A DNA stretch of 63,979 bases, filler included, from Sandaracinaceae bacterium (GCA_947483975.1; 8 parts of 8 records of this genome joined end to end with filler, not necessarily neighbours in it); one strand, 5' to 3'; shown: positions 1-8,407, numbered from the whole stretch's first letter. The notes: generated by a model from the sequence alone, not told the origin. Numbers and translations: made by a program.

Positions 1-665
1 CCGGGCTCCTCGAGGTCGATCGTGCGCAGCAGCGCCGCGGCCGCCGGGCGCTCACCCCAGCCGCGCTTGGCGATGGCGAGCGCGTAGTCGAGCGAGAGCG
101 CGTCGGGCAGCTCCGGGTAGCGCTCGCGCAGGTCCGCGAGCGCGCGCTCGCCGCGGCGGTCTCCGCTCCCGAGCAGGCAGCGCACGAGCCCGACCTCGGC
201 GCGCACGCCGACCGAGCGATCGAGGCTCTCGAGCGCGCGCGGATAGGCGAGGCAAGCGGCGACGGGATCGCCCGCCGCGAGCGAGAGGTCGCCCCGCAGC
301 AGCGCGAAGCGGTCCTCGAGCTCCGGCGCGTAGTGCTCGACGGTCCCGAGCACGACGAGCGCGCGCTGTGGCTCGCCCGCAGCCGCGAGGCGGCGCACCT
401 CGGCGAGCGCCGCGATCGCGTCCTCGACCGTGACGGGCGCGGTCGCCGTAGGCAGAAGCTCGGGCATCGTCGGCCCATCGCCGCACATCGAGGCGTCGCC
501 CGGCACGGGCGCGCGGTCGGTCGGCCAGGTCGAGAGCGTGTCCTCGGGGAACGTGCAGAGCGGCCCGTCCCAGGCGTGCGCGCGCAACGGTGCGCCACAG
601 AACGCGCCGCAGAGCGCGGCGGCTGTCAGCCCGATGCGTAGCCAGGGACCGCGACCGATGCGCAC
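1..665 (-). CDS. Secreted TPR-like helical protein, N-terminal part (runs off the window start)
   Basis: Manual translation (not in ORF track): GTG at 665, VRIGRGPWLRIGLTAAALCGAFCGAPLRAHA signal-like segment, then TPR-like helices (FALLRGDLSLAAGDPVAACLAY, RAEVGLVRCLLGSG); open to base 1. Confidence 0.65.
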   Translation of the reverse strand, partial: MRIGRGPWLRIGLTAAALCGAFCGAPLRAHAWDGPLCTFPEDTLSTWPTDRAPVPGDASMCGDGPTMPELLPTATAPVTVEDAIAALAEVRRLAAAGEPQRALVVLGTVEHYAPELEDRFALLRGDLSLAAGDPVAACLAYPRALESLDRSVGVRAEVGLVRCLLGSGDRRGERALADLRERYPELPDALSLDYALAIAKRGWGERPAAAALLRTIDLEEP

Positions 666-785
666 TCGTAGAGGGTGCGCGATCGCGGGAGCGGGCGCAA
701 AAACCGAGGGCTCGCGGTGACGCGCCGAGGTACGCCCGCCCTGCGCCGTCCACTCGGTGTCGCGGGGCGAGGCGGGGCCTCGGCG

Positions 786-929
786 TCACGAGGAGTCGGA
801 GTCGGCCACGGCGCAGTCGGTGGGGCGCGGGACCACTCCGAGCGCCACCGCCGACCCAAGCCCGATCGCGCCCAGCACCAACGCCTGGGCGCGCACGACC
901 GCCTGCGCCTGAGTGAGGATGCGGACCAT
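786..929 (-). CDS. Possible 47-aa hydrophobic small protein
   Basis: ATG at 929 preceded by GAGGA; MVRILTQAQAVVRAQALVLGAIGLGSAVALGVVP... with one hydrophobic segment. Confidence 0.3.
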   Translation of the reverse strand: MVRILTQAQAVVRAQALVLGAIGLGSAVALGVVPRPTDCAVADSDSS

Positions 930-1009
930 CCCGTCCTCGAGCACGACGAGGACCTCCGAGCGTGGAGGCGACACCGCGGCGCGCTGCCCGCACGTGGCAC
1001 ACTGACGAC

Positions 1010-1954
1010 ATGCGCAGGCTTCTTTCAGCAACGACGTTGCTCGTATCGCTCGTGGCGTGTGAGCCCGGCTCGCCATCACCGCCGCCGGTCGATGCTTACG
1101 AGAACGCGGTCGCCGCCTGCGCGGCGTTCGTGGCCTGTGACTTCTCGTGGCCGGACCTCGGGTGGTGCGTCGAGTCCGTGCTCGGCGACGCGCTGCCGTC
1201 GCTCTCTCCACGCGCGGACGACGTGGGGTGCATCGCAGCCGCACACGGCGACTGTGACGCGATCCGCGCCTGCATTGGCTGGAGCGCGGTCCCCGCCGGG
1301 GGCGCGTGCAGTGGACGCTGCGACGGGGAGACTCTGGTGGTGTGTCTCGGCGGCGACGAGAATCGGATCGACTGCCCACACACCGCACCTGGCAACACGT
1401 GCGTCACCTATCCTCCAGCGCCCGGCGACACCCGCGCTCCCGCTCATGCCTGCACGAGTCCCGAGTGTCCGGCGTACGGAGGCTCGTCGTGCTTTGGCGA
1501 CGATGTCGCGAGCTGCGGGATCGAGTCGTACCGTACTCTCGAACTCTGTCCGGAAGGGACGGGGTGCGCGCTCTATCCAGACCCCTCGGGCACCGTGAGC
1601 TACTACGGCTGTGTGGGCCTCGGGGCGACCTGCACCGAGGCGCGCTGCGATGGGACGGTCTCCCGCCCGTGCGTCCAGGGTCGCGAGGCCCTTCCATTCG
1701 ATTGCGCCGAGCGCGGGCTCGCGTGCGTGCGTGGCTTCTGCGACTTCTACGATCCTTCGGTGCTCTGCCACGGAGGCCCGACGGAGCACACCTGCGAGGG
1801 GGATGTGCTCGTGTACTGCAACTCGGGCCGGACGACGCGGGTCGACTGCCGGTCCCTCGGCTTCGCGTCATGCGAGCCTGTCTTCTCGTCGAGCTTCCGC
1901 ACGGCGAGCTGCGCGCCCGCCGGTGGTCGCAGGACCCGCCCGCCGGGTCCTTGA
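1010..1954 (+). CDS. Cys-rich lipoprotein
   Basis: MRRLLSATTLLVSLVAC lipobox; repeated CxGDxLxxC-type motifs. Confidence 0.8.
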   Translation: MRRLLSATTLLVSLVACEPGSPSPPPVDAYENAVAACAAFVACDFSWPDLGWCVESVLGDALPSLSPRADDVGCIAAAHGDCDAIRACIGWSAVPAGGACSGRCDGETLVVCLGGDENRIDCPHTAPGNTCVTYPPAPGDTRAPAHACTSPECPAYGGSSCFGDDVASCGIESYRTLELCPEGTGCALYPDPSGTVSYYGCVGLGATCTEARCDGTVSRPCVQGREALPFDCAERGLACVRGFCDFYDPSVLCHGGPTEHTCEGDVLVYCNSGRTTRVDCRSLGFASCEPVFSSSFRTASCAPAGGRRTRPPGP

Positions 1955-2045
1955 GCGTTGGCCGTCCGCGCGAACGCTTCGCGGCGCGCATGACCGTCGA
2001 TGCCTGCGGCGAGGCGATCGTCGCCGTCGCGGCACCGAGGTGATC

Positions 2046-2167
2046 CTACGGCGCCGTCCAGGTGCTGAGCACGGCGGGCGCCGCCGGCATGCCGAGCCGC
2101 TCGGCGTTGGGTGTCGAGAGCAGCTCGACCGAGGTGATCGCGCCGTCGGAGGTCGGCAGGTTGATGG
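2046..2167 (-). pseudogene. C-terminal fragment of an unknown gene, cut by the IS91-like remnant
   Basis: Minus-strand INLPTSDGAITSVELLSTPNAERLGMPAAPAVLSTWTAP* with host-like GC3 codons and no start. Confidence 0.35.
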
Positions 2168-2241
2168 CCGAGGTGTTCCCGGAGGTGCCGACGCGGCGGT
2201 GGGTGTGCTCGCTCCCGTGGCGGCTGCGCGTCTTGCTGGGC
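2164..2241 (+). pseudogene. IS91-family (Y2 rolling-circle) transposase, short internal fragment
   Basis: AEVFPEVPTRRWVCSLPWRLRVLLG resembles the conserved VLPxVPVRQWVxSLPWxLR motif; joined directly to the element-end repeat. Confidence 0.65.
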
Positions 2242-2409
2242 GAGGTGCGTCCGGCGCGTGAAGATCAGTGGAGAGTCGGGGATTCCCGCTTCGCCGAAGA
2301 CCGTCCAAAGACTCGCCTCGACGCCAAGATGGTGCTGCGGGGCGCCGTCGCGTAGGGTTCAGCGGTGCATGGAGCGGGGACGAATCACCGTTCGGCTGTC
2401 CTACGCGCC
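2242..2409 (+). repeat. ~168-bp direct repeat, copy 1 (putative IS91-type element end)
   Basis: Near-identical to 3984-4150; ends ...GTCCTACGCGCC. Confidence 0.9.
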
Positions 2410-3564
2410 TGCTCGCTGCTCATGGTGGCCCTGGTGGGCTGTCGCAGCGGGCAGGACGCGGCGGCTGTGCGCCCTCCTTCTGCCGTGCTCCCGCCGACTC
2501 CGACGAGCGCTCCGACGAAGCGAGTCGTGGCGCCCGTCAGCGTGGCAGCGCCAGCCCCCGCAGCGGCGCTCGATGCGGGGGATGAGGTGGCCGTCGCGGG
2601 GTCCGATGGTGGCGCCGAGGCGGGGGATGACGCTCCCGTCGCACGGCTCGACGGTGGCGCCGATGCGACCGTGGCGACGGCGCAGGTCTCGGTCGGCGAC
2701 GCTCCGCCGCTCGCGCATTGCCTCTGGTACGCCGACTCGTCGCCGCCCGCGTCGGAGGGCCCAGGGAGCATGGTCGAGCTCGATGAGCGCATCACCGCGG
2801 CGCTGCACCGCGAGGCGCTCGTGGTCGGTCGGGTGCGGCTCGCCGCGCGCGGCTGCCCGGTCGTGTCTGCGGGCGTCGCGGTCGTGCGCAACGCGGCTGA
2901 TCCGGTGGACGACGAGGACTCCCCCCTCGTGCCGCTCACGATCACCGGGGACGACGCGGACCGCGGGCCCGTCGTCGGCGCGCGCGGCGATGAGCGCCGC
3001 GACGGACCTTGGCCGGGCTCGACGGAGAAGAACGCGAACTGCAACCCGACCGCCGCACCCGAGCTCTACTTGTTCCGCGCGGTGCACGGCGCGGACGGCA
3101 CAGTGGCCGCGCTCGCGCTCGCGCATCTCTCGGGGGACGCGTGCGGCGTCTATGGGCATGACCTGCAGTTCGGCGACCTCGACGGCGACGGCACGACGGA
3201 GCTTCGCGTCGAGTCGCTGACGGGCAGCGAGGAGGAGAATGAGGGCGACTCTCGCGAGCAACTGCTGTGGCTCTTCGACTTGGCGACGCTGCGCCCAGAG
3301 CTCGCCCTGAACGTGGGGCGTCACTACGCGTACGGTGCCGCTCCCGGCCTGACGGAGTCGACCACGGGGAGCATCTCGCTCCGCGACGTCGACGGCGACG
3401 GCGACCGCGACGTCATCTTCCGCCACTTCACCGAGGCGGTGGATGAGCTGAACGGCCACGGGACGACTCGGGAGTGGACGACGGAGGTCCACGCCTACGA
3501 CCCGGCGACGGACACCTACGTTCGCGCGCAGGCGCTCGACGCGCGCGTCACGCAGCGCCGCTGA
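2365..3564 (+). CDS. Lipoprotein with FG-GAP/DxDGDG Ca-binding motifs
   Basis: LLMVALVGC lipobox, Pro/Ala linker, DLDGDGTTEL and DVDGDGDRDV motifs; start uncertain (2365 lies inside the repeat, alternative 2422). Confidence 0.75.
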   Translation: MHGAGTNHRSAVLRACSLLMVALVGCRSGQDAAAVRPPSAVLPPTPTSAPTKRVVAPVSVAAPAPAAALDAGDEVAVAGSDGGAEAGDDAPVARLDGGADATVATAQVSVGDAPPLAHCLWYADSSPPASEGPGSMVELDERITAALHREALVVGRVRLAARGCPVVSAGVAVVRNAADPVDDEDSPLVPLTITGDDADRGPVVGARGDERRDGPWPGSTEKNANCNPTAAPELYLFRAVHGADGTVAALALAHLSGDACGVYGHDLQFGDLDGDGTTELRVESLTGSEEENEGDSREQLLWLFDLATLRPELALNVGRHYAYGAAPGLTESTTGSISLRDVDGDGDRDVIFRHFTEAVDELNGHGTTREWTTEVHAYDPATDTYVRAQALDARVTQRR

Positions 3565-3589
3565 CGATGTCAGGCGAGCGACGAGGCGC

Positions 3590-3928
3590 GGCTCGCTGGG
3601 CGCGGAGGTCGTACCGAACAAACCGGCTGAGCCGCCCGCGCAGCTCCCGCTGTTCGGCGAGGCGGACGAGCCGACGACATCTGCGAAGGGTGCGGCGAAG
3701 AAGCCGGCTGAGCCATCGCGGCATTTATGGTCATGGTTGCTGCAACGGGTGTTCGCCGTAGACGTCTTGAAGTGCGAGAGGTGCGGCGGTCGTTTGCGGC
3801 TCGTCGAGATCGCGAAGAAGCCCAACGACATCAGCCGCGTGCTCGGCGACCTCGGCTACGCGAGAGCGCCGCCTCGCGCAGAGTCGTCGGCGACCGCGTA
3901 TGGGCAGCTGCGGCTCGCGCTCGGGTGA
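3590..3928 (+). pseudogene. IS91-family transposase, C-terminal fragment
   Basis: AEVVP...WSWLLQRVFAVDVLKCERCGGRLRLVEI...APPRA matches the C-terminal zinc-ribbon signature; catalytic region absent. Confidence 0.8.
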
Positions 3929-3983
3929 GGCCGCCTCGAGTGACCTCGGTGCGTTGAGCGGCTGCGCAGAGCGCGGCCAGGGA

Positions 3984-4150
3984 GAGGTGCGTCCGGCGCG
4001 CGAAAATCAGTGGAGAGTGGGGATTCCCGCTTCGCCGAAGACCGTCCAAAGACTCGCCTCGACGCCAAGATGGTGCTGCGGGGCGCCGTCGCGTAGGGTT
4101 CAGCGGTGCATGGAGCGGGGACGAATCACCGATCGGAGGTCCTACGCGCC
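3984..4150 (+). repeat. ~167-bp direct repeat, copy 2 (putative IS91-type element end)
   Basis: Near-identical to 2242-2409; lies just 3' of the transposase C-terminal fragment. Confidence 0.9.
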
Positions 4151-4184
4151 GGGGACGAATCACCGATCGGAGGTCCTACGCGCC
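4117..4184 (+). repeat. Perfect 34-bp tandem duplication of the repeat's terminal segment
   Basis: GGGGACGAATCACCGATCGGAGGTCCTACGCGCC x2 (4117-4150, 4151-4184). Confidence 0.95.
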
Positions 4185-4198
4185 CGACGCTGCACATC

Positions 4199-4333
4199 AT
4201 GAGCCGCCCCGCCGCCGCGGAGGTCACCGCGCAGCTCGACCACTTCGCGCCGCGCATTCCGGTGCTCGTCGAGCTCGCGCTCGGCGACGTCCCGGTCGTC
4301 GCCCCCATCATCCACGCGCGCGGGCTGCGCTGA
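4199..4333 (+). CDS. Possible 44-aa ORF or gene remnant coupled to the next gene
   Basis: MSRPAAAEVTAQLDHFAPRIPVLVEL..., GC3-rich, TGATG overlap with 4333. Confidence 0.3.
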   Translation: MSRPAAAEVTAQLDHFAPRIPVLVELALGDVPVVAPIIHARGLR

Positions 4334-6066
4334 TGGCAACGGAGGTGCCGCGAGCCCGCGGGCTCCTCGTCGCGGCGCTCCTGTCGACCGCCGCGTGCGG
4401 CGTCGACGTCCAAGTCCAAGTCGTCCCTGTAGGCGGTACGACGCGCCACCGCCTCGTGGTCGGGTACGCCTCCGCCTGTGTCGTGCTCGACGACGGCGGA
4501 GTTGCCTGCTGGGGCGCGGGGCAGCGCGGGGAGCTCGGCGTGCCGATGCGCTCCGACTCGGGGACGCCCGTGCGCGTGCGTGGCCTCGCCCGCATCGTCA
4601 CTTTGGATGGGTACGGAGCTGCCTTTTGCGCAGCCGACGCTGAGGGGCGCGTGTGGTGCTGGGGAAGAATGTGGAGTGGTGGTCCAGCGCTCGGCGACAC
4701 GCCGCGCCGTGTCGATGGATTGGACGCGTCGCGGACGTTGACGGTGGGAGACACGCGCGTCTGCGGCGTGAGCCGTGCGGGGATTCACTGCGTCTTCGCC
4801 CGTACTCCGCTCGACGCGAGCTTGCGCGAGGGCAGCAACCTCATCGACTACGACGACGAGGCCCGCTGCGCCCTCACGGACGGCGGCGACGTCATCTGCG
4901 TCACCGGCCCGAGCGGTAATCCCACGACGACGACGGTGGCCTCGGCCGCGAGCGCGCTCGACGGGTGGTGCTCCGTCGATGCACTTGGCACGCGCACCTG
5001 TAGCCGCTCCACGACTCCCTCGGAGACGCTCACCGACGTCGCGAGCGTCGGCACCGGTCGTGCGTACGAGCACTGCTACGTGCTCTTCGACGGTCGGATC
5101 CTCTGTCGCGCCGGCCTCGAGTGGATTCCGAAGCGGAGCGACCATCGGTTCGTGGAGGTGGGAGGGACGCTGCAGCAAGGGTGCGCGCGAACGGACGACG
5201 GTGCCGTGCTCTGCTGGGGAGACAACCTCAGTGGGCTACTCGGGCCCGACGCTGGTCCTCACAGCGACGTGCCGGTGCGCATCCCCGGCCTCGCGCTCGG
5301 TGGTACGCCGGAGGTCGTCGAAGCGCCGCCATCGGGGCTCGCGTGCTTTGCCGCCGACCGAGACGGCGACGGTCTCTTCGACTGGATCGAGGGGACCGAC
5401 GACCTCGACGAGGACGGGCTGCTCGCGTGGGAGGACAGCGACACCGACGGCGACGGGACGACCGATGCAGTCGAGGCTGCCCCGTCTCTGGCACCTTGCC
5501 TGACCTCTCCGCCGAACTCGATTTGCGACTCGGACGCATGGCCAGACTACGCCGACCTCGATCAGGACGACGACGGCGTGCTCGACCGCGACGAGAGCAT
5601 CGAAGCGCGTTGCACGGACGATGCCGACCGCGACGGCTGCCCGGACGTCGCCATCGCCCAGTTTGGGACGTGCGACGACCACCACGGCGCGACCATCGTC
5701 GACGACCCCGCGGGGGCTTTCGCCCGCGCGTCGCTCACGCTCACGGTCCCCGTGGGACCGGACCCAGGCGAGGTGTTCTTGGTAGACCTCGAGACCGATA
5801 CACTGGGCCAGCGCTTCGTCTTCTCGGCCACGGAGGTCATCTCCGGCGTGGCAACACCGAGCGGCGACCGCTTCGTAGACACGCAGTCGGGCGCGCAGCT
5901 TCGTTTCGGCGTGGAGGCCAGCGCCGGGTACGGTGCCCGCAGCGGCGCGAGTGGCATACCGGGCATCGAAACGCACAGGCTACAGCTGGTCGACACGACC
6001 GGCACCGTGCTCGACGAGGCCACGATGATCACGGTCATCGCAGCGATCCCCTCGTGGGGACCCTGA
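4333..6066 (+). CDS. Lipoprotein with RCC1/BLIP-II-like repeats and Asp-rich Ca-binding (TSP3-like) repeats
   Basis: LLSTAAC lipobox; ACWGAGQRGELG, LCWGDNLSGLLG; DRDGDGL, DTDGDG, DQDDDGVLD. Confidence 0.85.
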   Translation: MATEVPRARGLLVAALLSTAACGVDVQVQVVPVGGTTRHRLVVGYASACVVLDDGGVACWGAGQRGELGVPMRSDSGTPVRVRGLARIVTLDGYGAAFCAADAEGRVWCWGRMWSGGPALGDTPRRVDGLDASRTLTVGDTRVCGVSRAGIHCVFARTPLDASLREGSNLIDYDDEARCALTDGGDVICVTGPSGNPTTTTVASAASALDGWCSVDALGTRTCSRSTTPSETLTDVASVGTGRAYEHCYVLFDGRILCRAGLEWIPKRSDHRFVEVGGTLQQGCARTDDGAVLCWGDNLSGLLGPDAGPHSDVPVRIPGLALGGTPEVVEAPPSGLACFAADRDGDGLFDWIEGTDDLDEDGLLAWEDSDTDGDGTTDAVEAAPSLAPCLTSPPNSICDSDAWPDYADLDQDDDGVLDRDESIEARCTDDADRDGCPDVAIAQFGTCDDHHGATIVDDPAGAFARASLTLTVPVGPDPGEVFLVDLETDTLGQRFVFSATEVISGVATPSGDRFVDTQSGAQLRFGVEASAGYGARSGASGIPGIETHRLQLVDTTGTVLDEATMITVIAAIPSWGP

Positions 6067-6069
6067 GAC

Positions 6070-6240
6070 TCAGCCCTCTTCGCCTGGCGTGACGGGCGTC
6101 GCGGATCGGGGGAGAAGCAACCGTCCCACGGGGATCTCCACTTCCTCGAACGGCGGAACGCGCGCGACGTCCGCTTCGCCGAACGCGCCAGTATCGACCC
6201 AGCGCCCATCACGCAGCGCGAGCGTCTCGAGCGTCCGCGA
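6070..6240 (-). pseudogene. Uma2-family endonuclease, C-terminal remnant
   Basis: RTLETLALRDGRWVDTGAFGEADVARVPPFEEVEIPVGRL resembles the Uma2 C-terminus; catalytic N-terminal part missing. Confidence 0.7.
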
Positions 6241-6355
6241 GTACGGCACGCATGGTCGCCTCGCTGATTCCAGCGCGAACCCGCAGAACCTATGCGCCGC
6301 GAACCGCGTCGGAGCCCGCTCGGCCGCTTCCGGCGGCTGGCCGCGTCGACCTCGG

Positions 6356-6671
6356 AAGGGGTGATCCCTTGCCTCGAGGCGCGCGAGATCGACTTGCGAA
6401 GGGTTCGACCCTTGGCGCAGAGCCCGGGGTCCTCGACGGCGCAAGGGTCGGACCCTTCACGGAGAGTGCGTCGAGCGTGACAGCGAAGGGTCGGACCCTT
6501 CGCCCGAGGATGTTCGCGGCGGGTGCGCGAGGGTTCGACCCTTACCGCAAGGCGGAGCGCGATCTGCGGCGCAAGGGTCGGACCCTTGGCGCGACGTGCG
6601 CGGCCACTTCGCGGAAGGGGTCAACCCTAGGCGGGGCGATCTCGGGGGCCGCGCGGAAGGGGTGCACCCTT
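6356..6671. repeat. Regularly interspaced array of eight 15-bp palindromes (AAGGG-N5-CCCTT) with unique 27-29-bp spacers
   Basis: Copies start at 6356, 6399, 6443, 6486, 6529, 6573, 6615, 6657; consensus AAGGGTCGGACCCTT. Confidence 0.9.
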
Positions 6672-6879
6672 CGTCGAAGGGCAGCGAGCGCGGCGTGGGG
6701 AGGCCCTGAGAGAGCTCGGAGCGGTCCCCGACAGGGGTCGAGCAGACGCGACCTACTCGGAGTCGTCCAAGCACGCTCCGCGAGGTGGCGCAGAGCACTC
6801 GGAGCGCACGCGGGCGACTCCGCACGCGCGGCGGGTCACGCCTTGCGAGGCGTCTCAGTCGCCGCGCGCACGCTCGCTC

Positions 6880-6922
6880 GCGGCTCAACTTTGGTCGGGT
6901 GGCGGCTCAACCTTGGTCGGGT
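6880..6922 (+). repeat. 21-bp direct repeat x2
   Basis: GCGGCTCAACTTTGGTCGGGT and GCGGCTCAACCTTGGTCGGGT. Confidence 0.85.
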
Positions 6923-6936
6923 CGCGCCGAGCGAGC

Positions 6937-6965
6937 TTGACCGTTCATGAACGGTCATGAAGACT
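6937..6965 (+). promoter_or_regulatory. TA promoter with a perfect 20-bp palindromic operator
   Basis: TGACCGTTCATGAACGGTCA (6938-6957) overlaps TTGACC(-35)-17bp-AAGACT(-10); ATG 7 bp later with no SD. Confidence 0.65.
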
Positions 6966-6972
6966 CTGCGCG

Positions 6973-7185
6973 ATGAAGGCAGTGAAGTTCGCGACGCAGC
7001 TCGACGCCGAGGTGGCGAAGGACTTGCGCGCGTTCGCGGTCCACGCGGATCGGAGCATCTCGGGGATCGTGAACGAGGCGGTCGCCGAGTACCTGCAGCG
7101 GCGGCGTGTGCGGCCGGCGTTTCGAGCCGCGCTCGACGAGGTGCTCACCGACCACGACGAGCTGCTTCGGCGCCTGGCGAAGTGA
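6973..7185 (+). CDS. Ribbon-helix-helix/CopG-like antitoxin
   Basis: 70 aa; beta-strand VKFATQLD followed by two helices (RSISGIVNEAVAEYL); GTGA overlap with the toxin. Confidence 0.8.
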   Translation: MKAVKFATQLDAEVAKDLRAFAVHADRSISGIVNEAVAEYLQRRRVRPAFRAALDEVLTDHDELLRRLAK

Positions 7186-7559
7186 CGCCGACCCTCTACC
7201 CGACGCTCGACGAGGCGCTCGAGCTTCACAGCGTCTTGCTCGCGCGTTTTGGCGGCGCGGGCGGCGTGCGCGACCTCGGCCTCCTCGAGAGCGCGCTGTC
7301 GCGACCGCAGACCGGCTACTACGACACCCTGACCCTGCAGGCGGCGGCGCTCTTGCAGAGCCTCGTGATGAACCACGCCTTCGTCGATGGGAACAAACGC
7401 GTGGCCTTCGCGCTCACCGCGATCTTCCTGCGCATGAACGGCCCCCGTCTCCGGGTGCCCGCCGACGAGGGAGAGCGCTTCCTCATCGACTCCGTGATCG
7501 CTCGCCGCGTCGAGCTGGCCGACATCGCGAGCTGGCTCGAGCGACACAGCGGCGGGTAG
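7182..7559 (+). CDS. doc: Doc (death-on-curing)/Fic family toxin
   Basis: GVRDLGLLESALSRP and NHAFVDGNKRVA (Doc-type K in the Fic motif). Confidence 0.9.
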   Translation: MTPTLYPTLDEALELHSVLLARFGGAGGVRDLGLLESALSRPQTGYYDTLTLQAAALLQSLVMNHAFVDGNKRVAFALTAIFLRMNGPRLRVPADEGERFLIDSVIARRVELADIASWLERHSGG

Positions 7560-7682
7560 TCCCGCGAAACAGCTGAGCCGTCGCCTGGGATGGTCGCGAG
7601 GAGTGGCGCGCGAGCGGCGCGGTCACGTAGGGAGTCGCGTTGGTCGCCCCGTGTATCAGGAGCGTGACCGGTAGCTGAGCTG

Positions 7683-8033
7683 CTACTGGTGTCGCGCGCG
7701 TCGTCGCGCAGGGACGGGATGAGCACGGTGCTTGAGCTCGAGGTTCCCGCCCGCGAGGCCCTTGCCGCCGACGGTCAGGCGCAGCGGGATGCCGAGGAGG
7801 TCGGCGTCCTTGAACTTCACGCCGGGGCGCTCGTCGCGGTCGTCGAGGAGCACGTCGACGCCGCGCGCGCGGAGCGCCGCGTAGGCAGCCTCGGCGGCGT
7901 CGCGCACGGCGTCGTCCTTGCCGAGCGCGGTGATGATCACGTGGTAGGGCGCGATGCCCATCGGCCACGCGATGCCGTCCGCGTCGTGGTTCTGCTCGAC
8001 CGCCGCGGCGACGAGGCGCGAGACGCCGATGCC
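7683..8033 (-). CDS. proS: Prolyl-tRNA synthetase, C-terminal part (contig edge)
   Basis: [50 protein letters not shown]. Confidence 0.9.
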   Translation of the reverse strand, partial: GIGVSRLVAAAVEQNHDADGIAWPMGIAPYHVIITALGKDDAVRDAAEAAYAALRARGVDVLLDDRDERPGVKFKDADLLGIPLRLTVGGKGLAGGNLELKHRAHPVPARRRARHQ

Positions 8034-8133
8034 NNNNNNNNNNNNNNNNNNNNNNNNNNNNNNNNNNNNNNNNNNNNTTAATTAATTAANNNNNNNNNNN
8101 NNNNNNNNNNNNNNNNNNNNNNNNNNNNNNNNN
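8034..8133. other. Artificial contig linker (also 16113-16212, 24185-24284, 32246-32345, 40280-40379, 48221-48320, 56106-56205)
   Basis: N44-TTAATTAATTAA-N44 with stops in all six frames. Confidence 0.98.
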
Positions 8134-8379
8134 CGCTCGCAGCCTGGCCGCGGGAGCTCGCCGGGCAGGCGCTGCCGGGGGGCGGACTGCGTCGGGTCGT
8201 CGCCGGCGCGGGCTCGATCGCCTCGCTCGGCGCGCAGGGCGGGCGGGCTCGTCCGGGGGCGTCGTTCTTGACTCTCGGCCCCGCGGGCCTCGCCTCCGAT
8301 GGGGACGGCGCCCCGTCCCGATGACGCGGCGCAGCGGTTGCTCACTCGGAACCCTTGGAAAATGGGCGGAAATCGCGCC

Positions 8380-8407
8380 TTGACACCCCGTGCCGCTCTT
8401 CTATATT
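8380..8407 (+). promoter_or_regulatory. Sigma70-type promoter of the yceD-rpmF-fab operon
   Basis: TTGACA-16bp-TATATT in an AT-richer patch upstream of ATG 8445. Confidence 0.6.

Noticed and set aside
6356..6671. Calling the palindrome array a CRISPR
   Set aside because: Repeat is only 15 bp and degenerate, there is no AT-rich leader and no cas gene on the contig; kept as an unclassified array.
6252..6950. 232-aa ORF with KGSTL/KGRTL motifs
   Set aside because: The motif shifts frame with the 42-44-bp period and codon usage is poor; it is a by-product of the DNA array.
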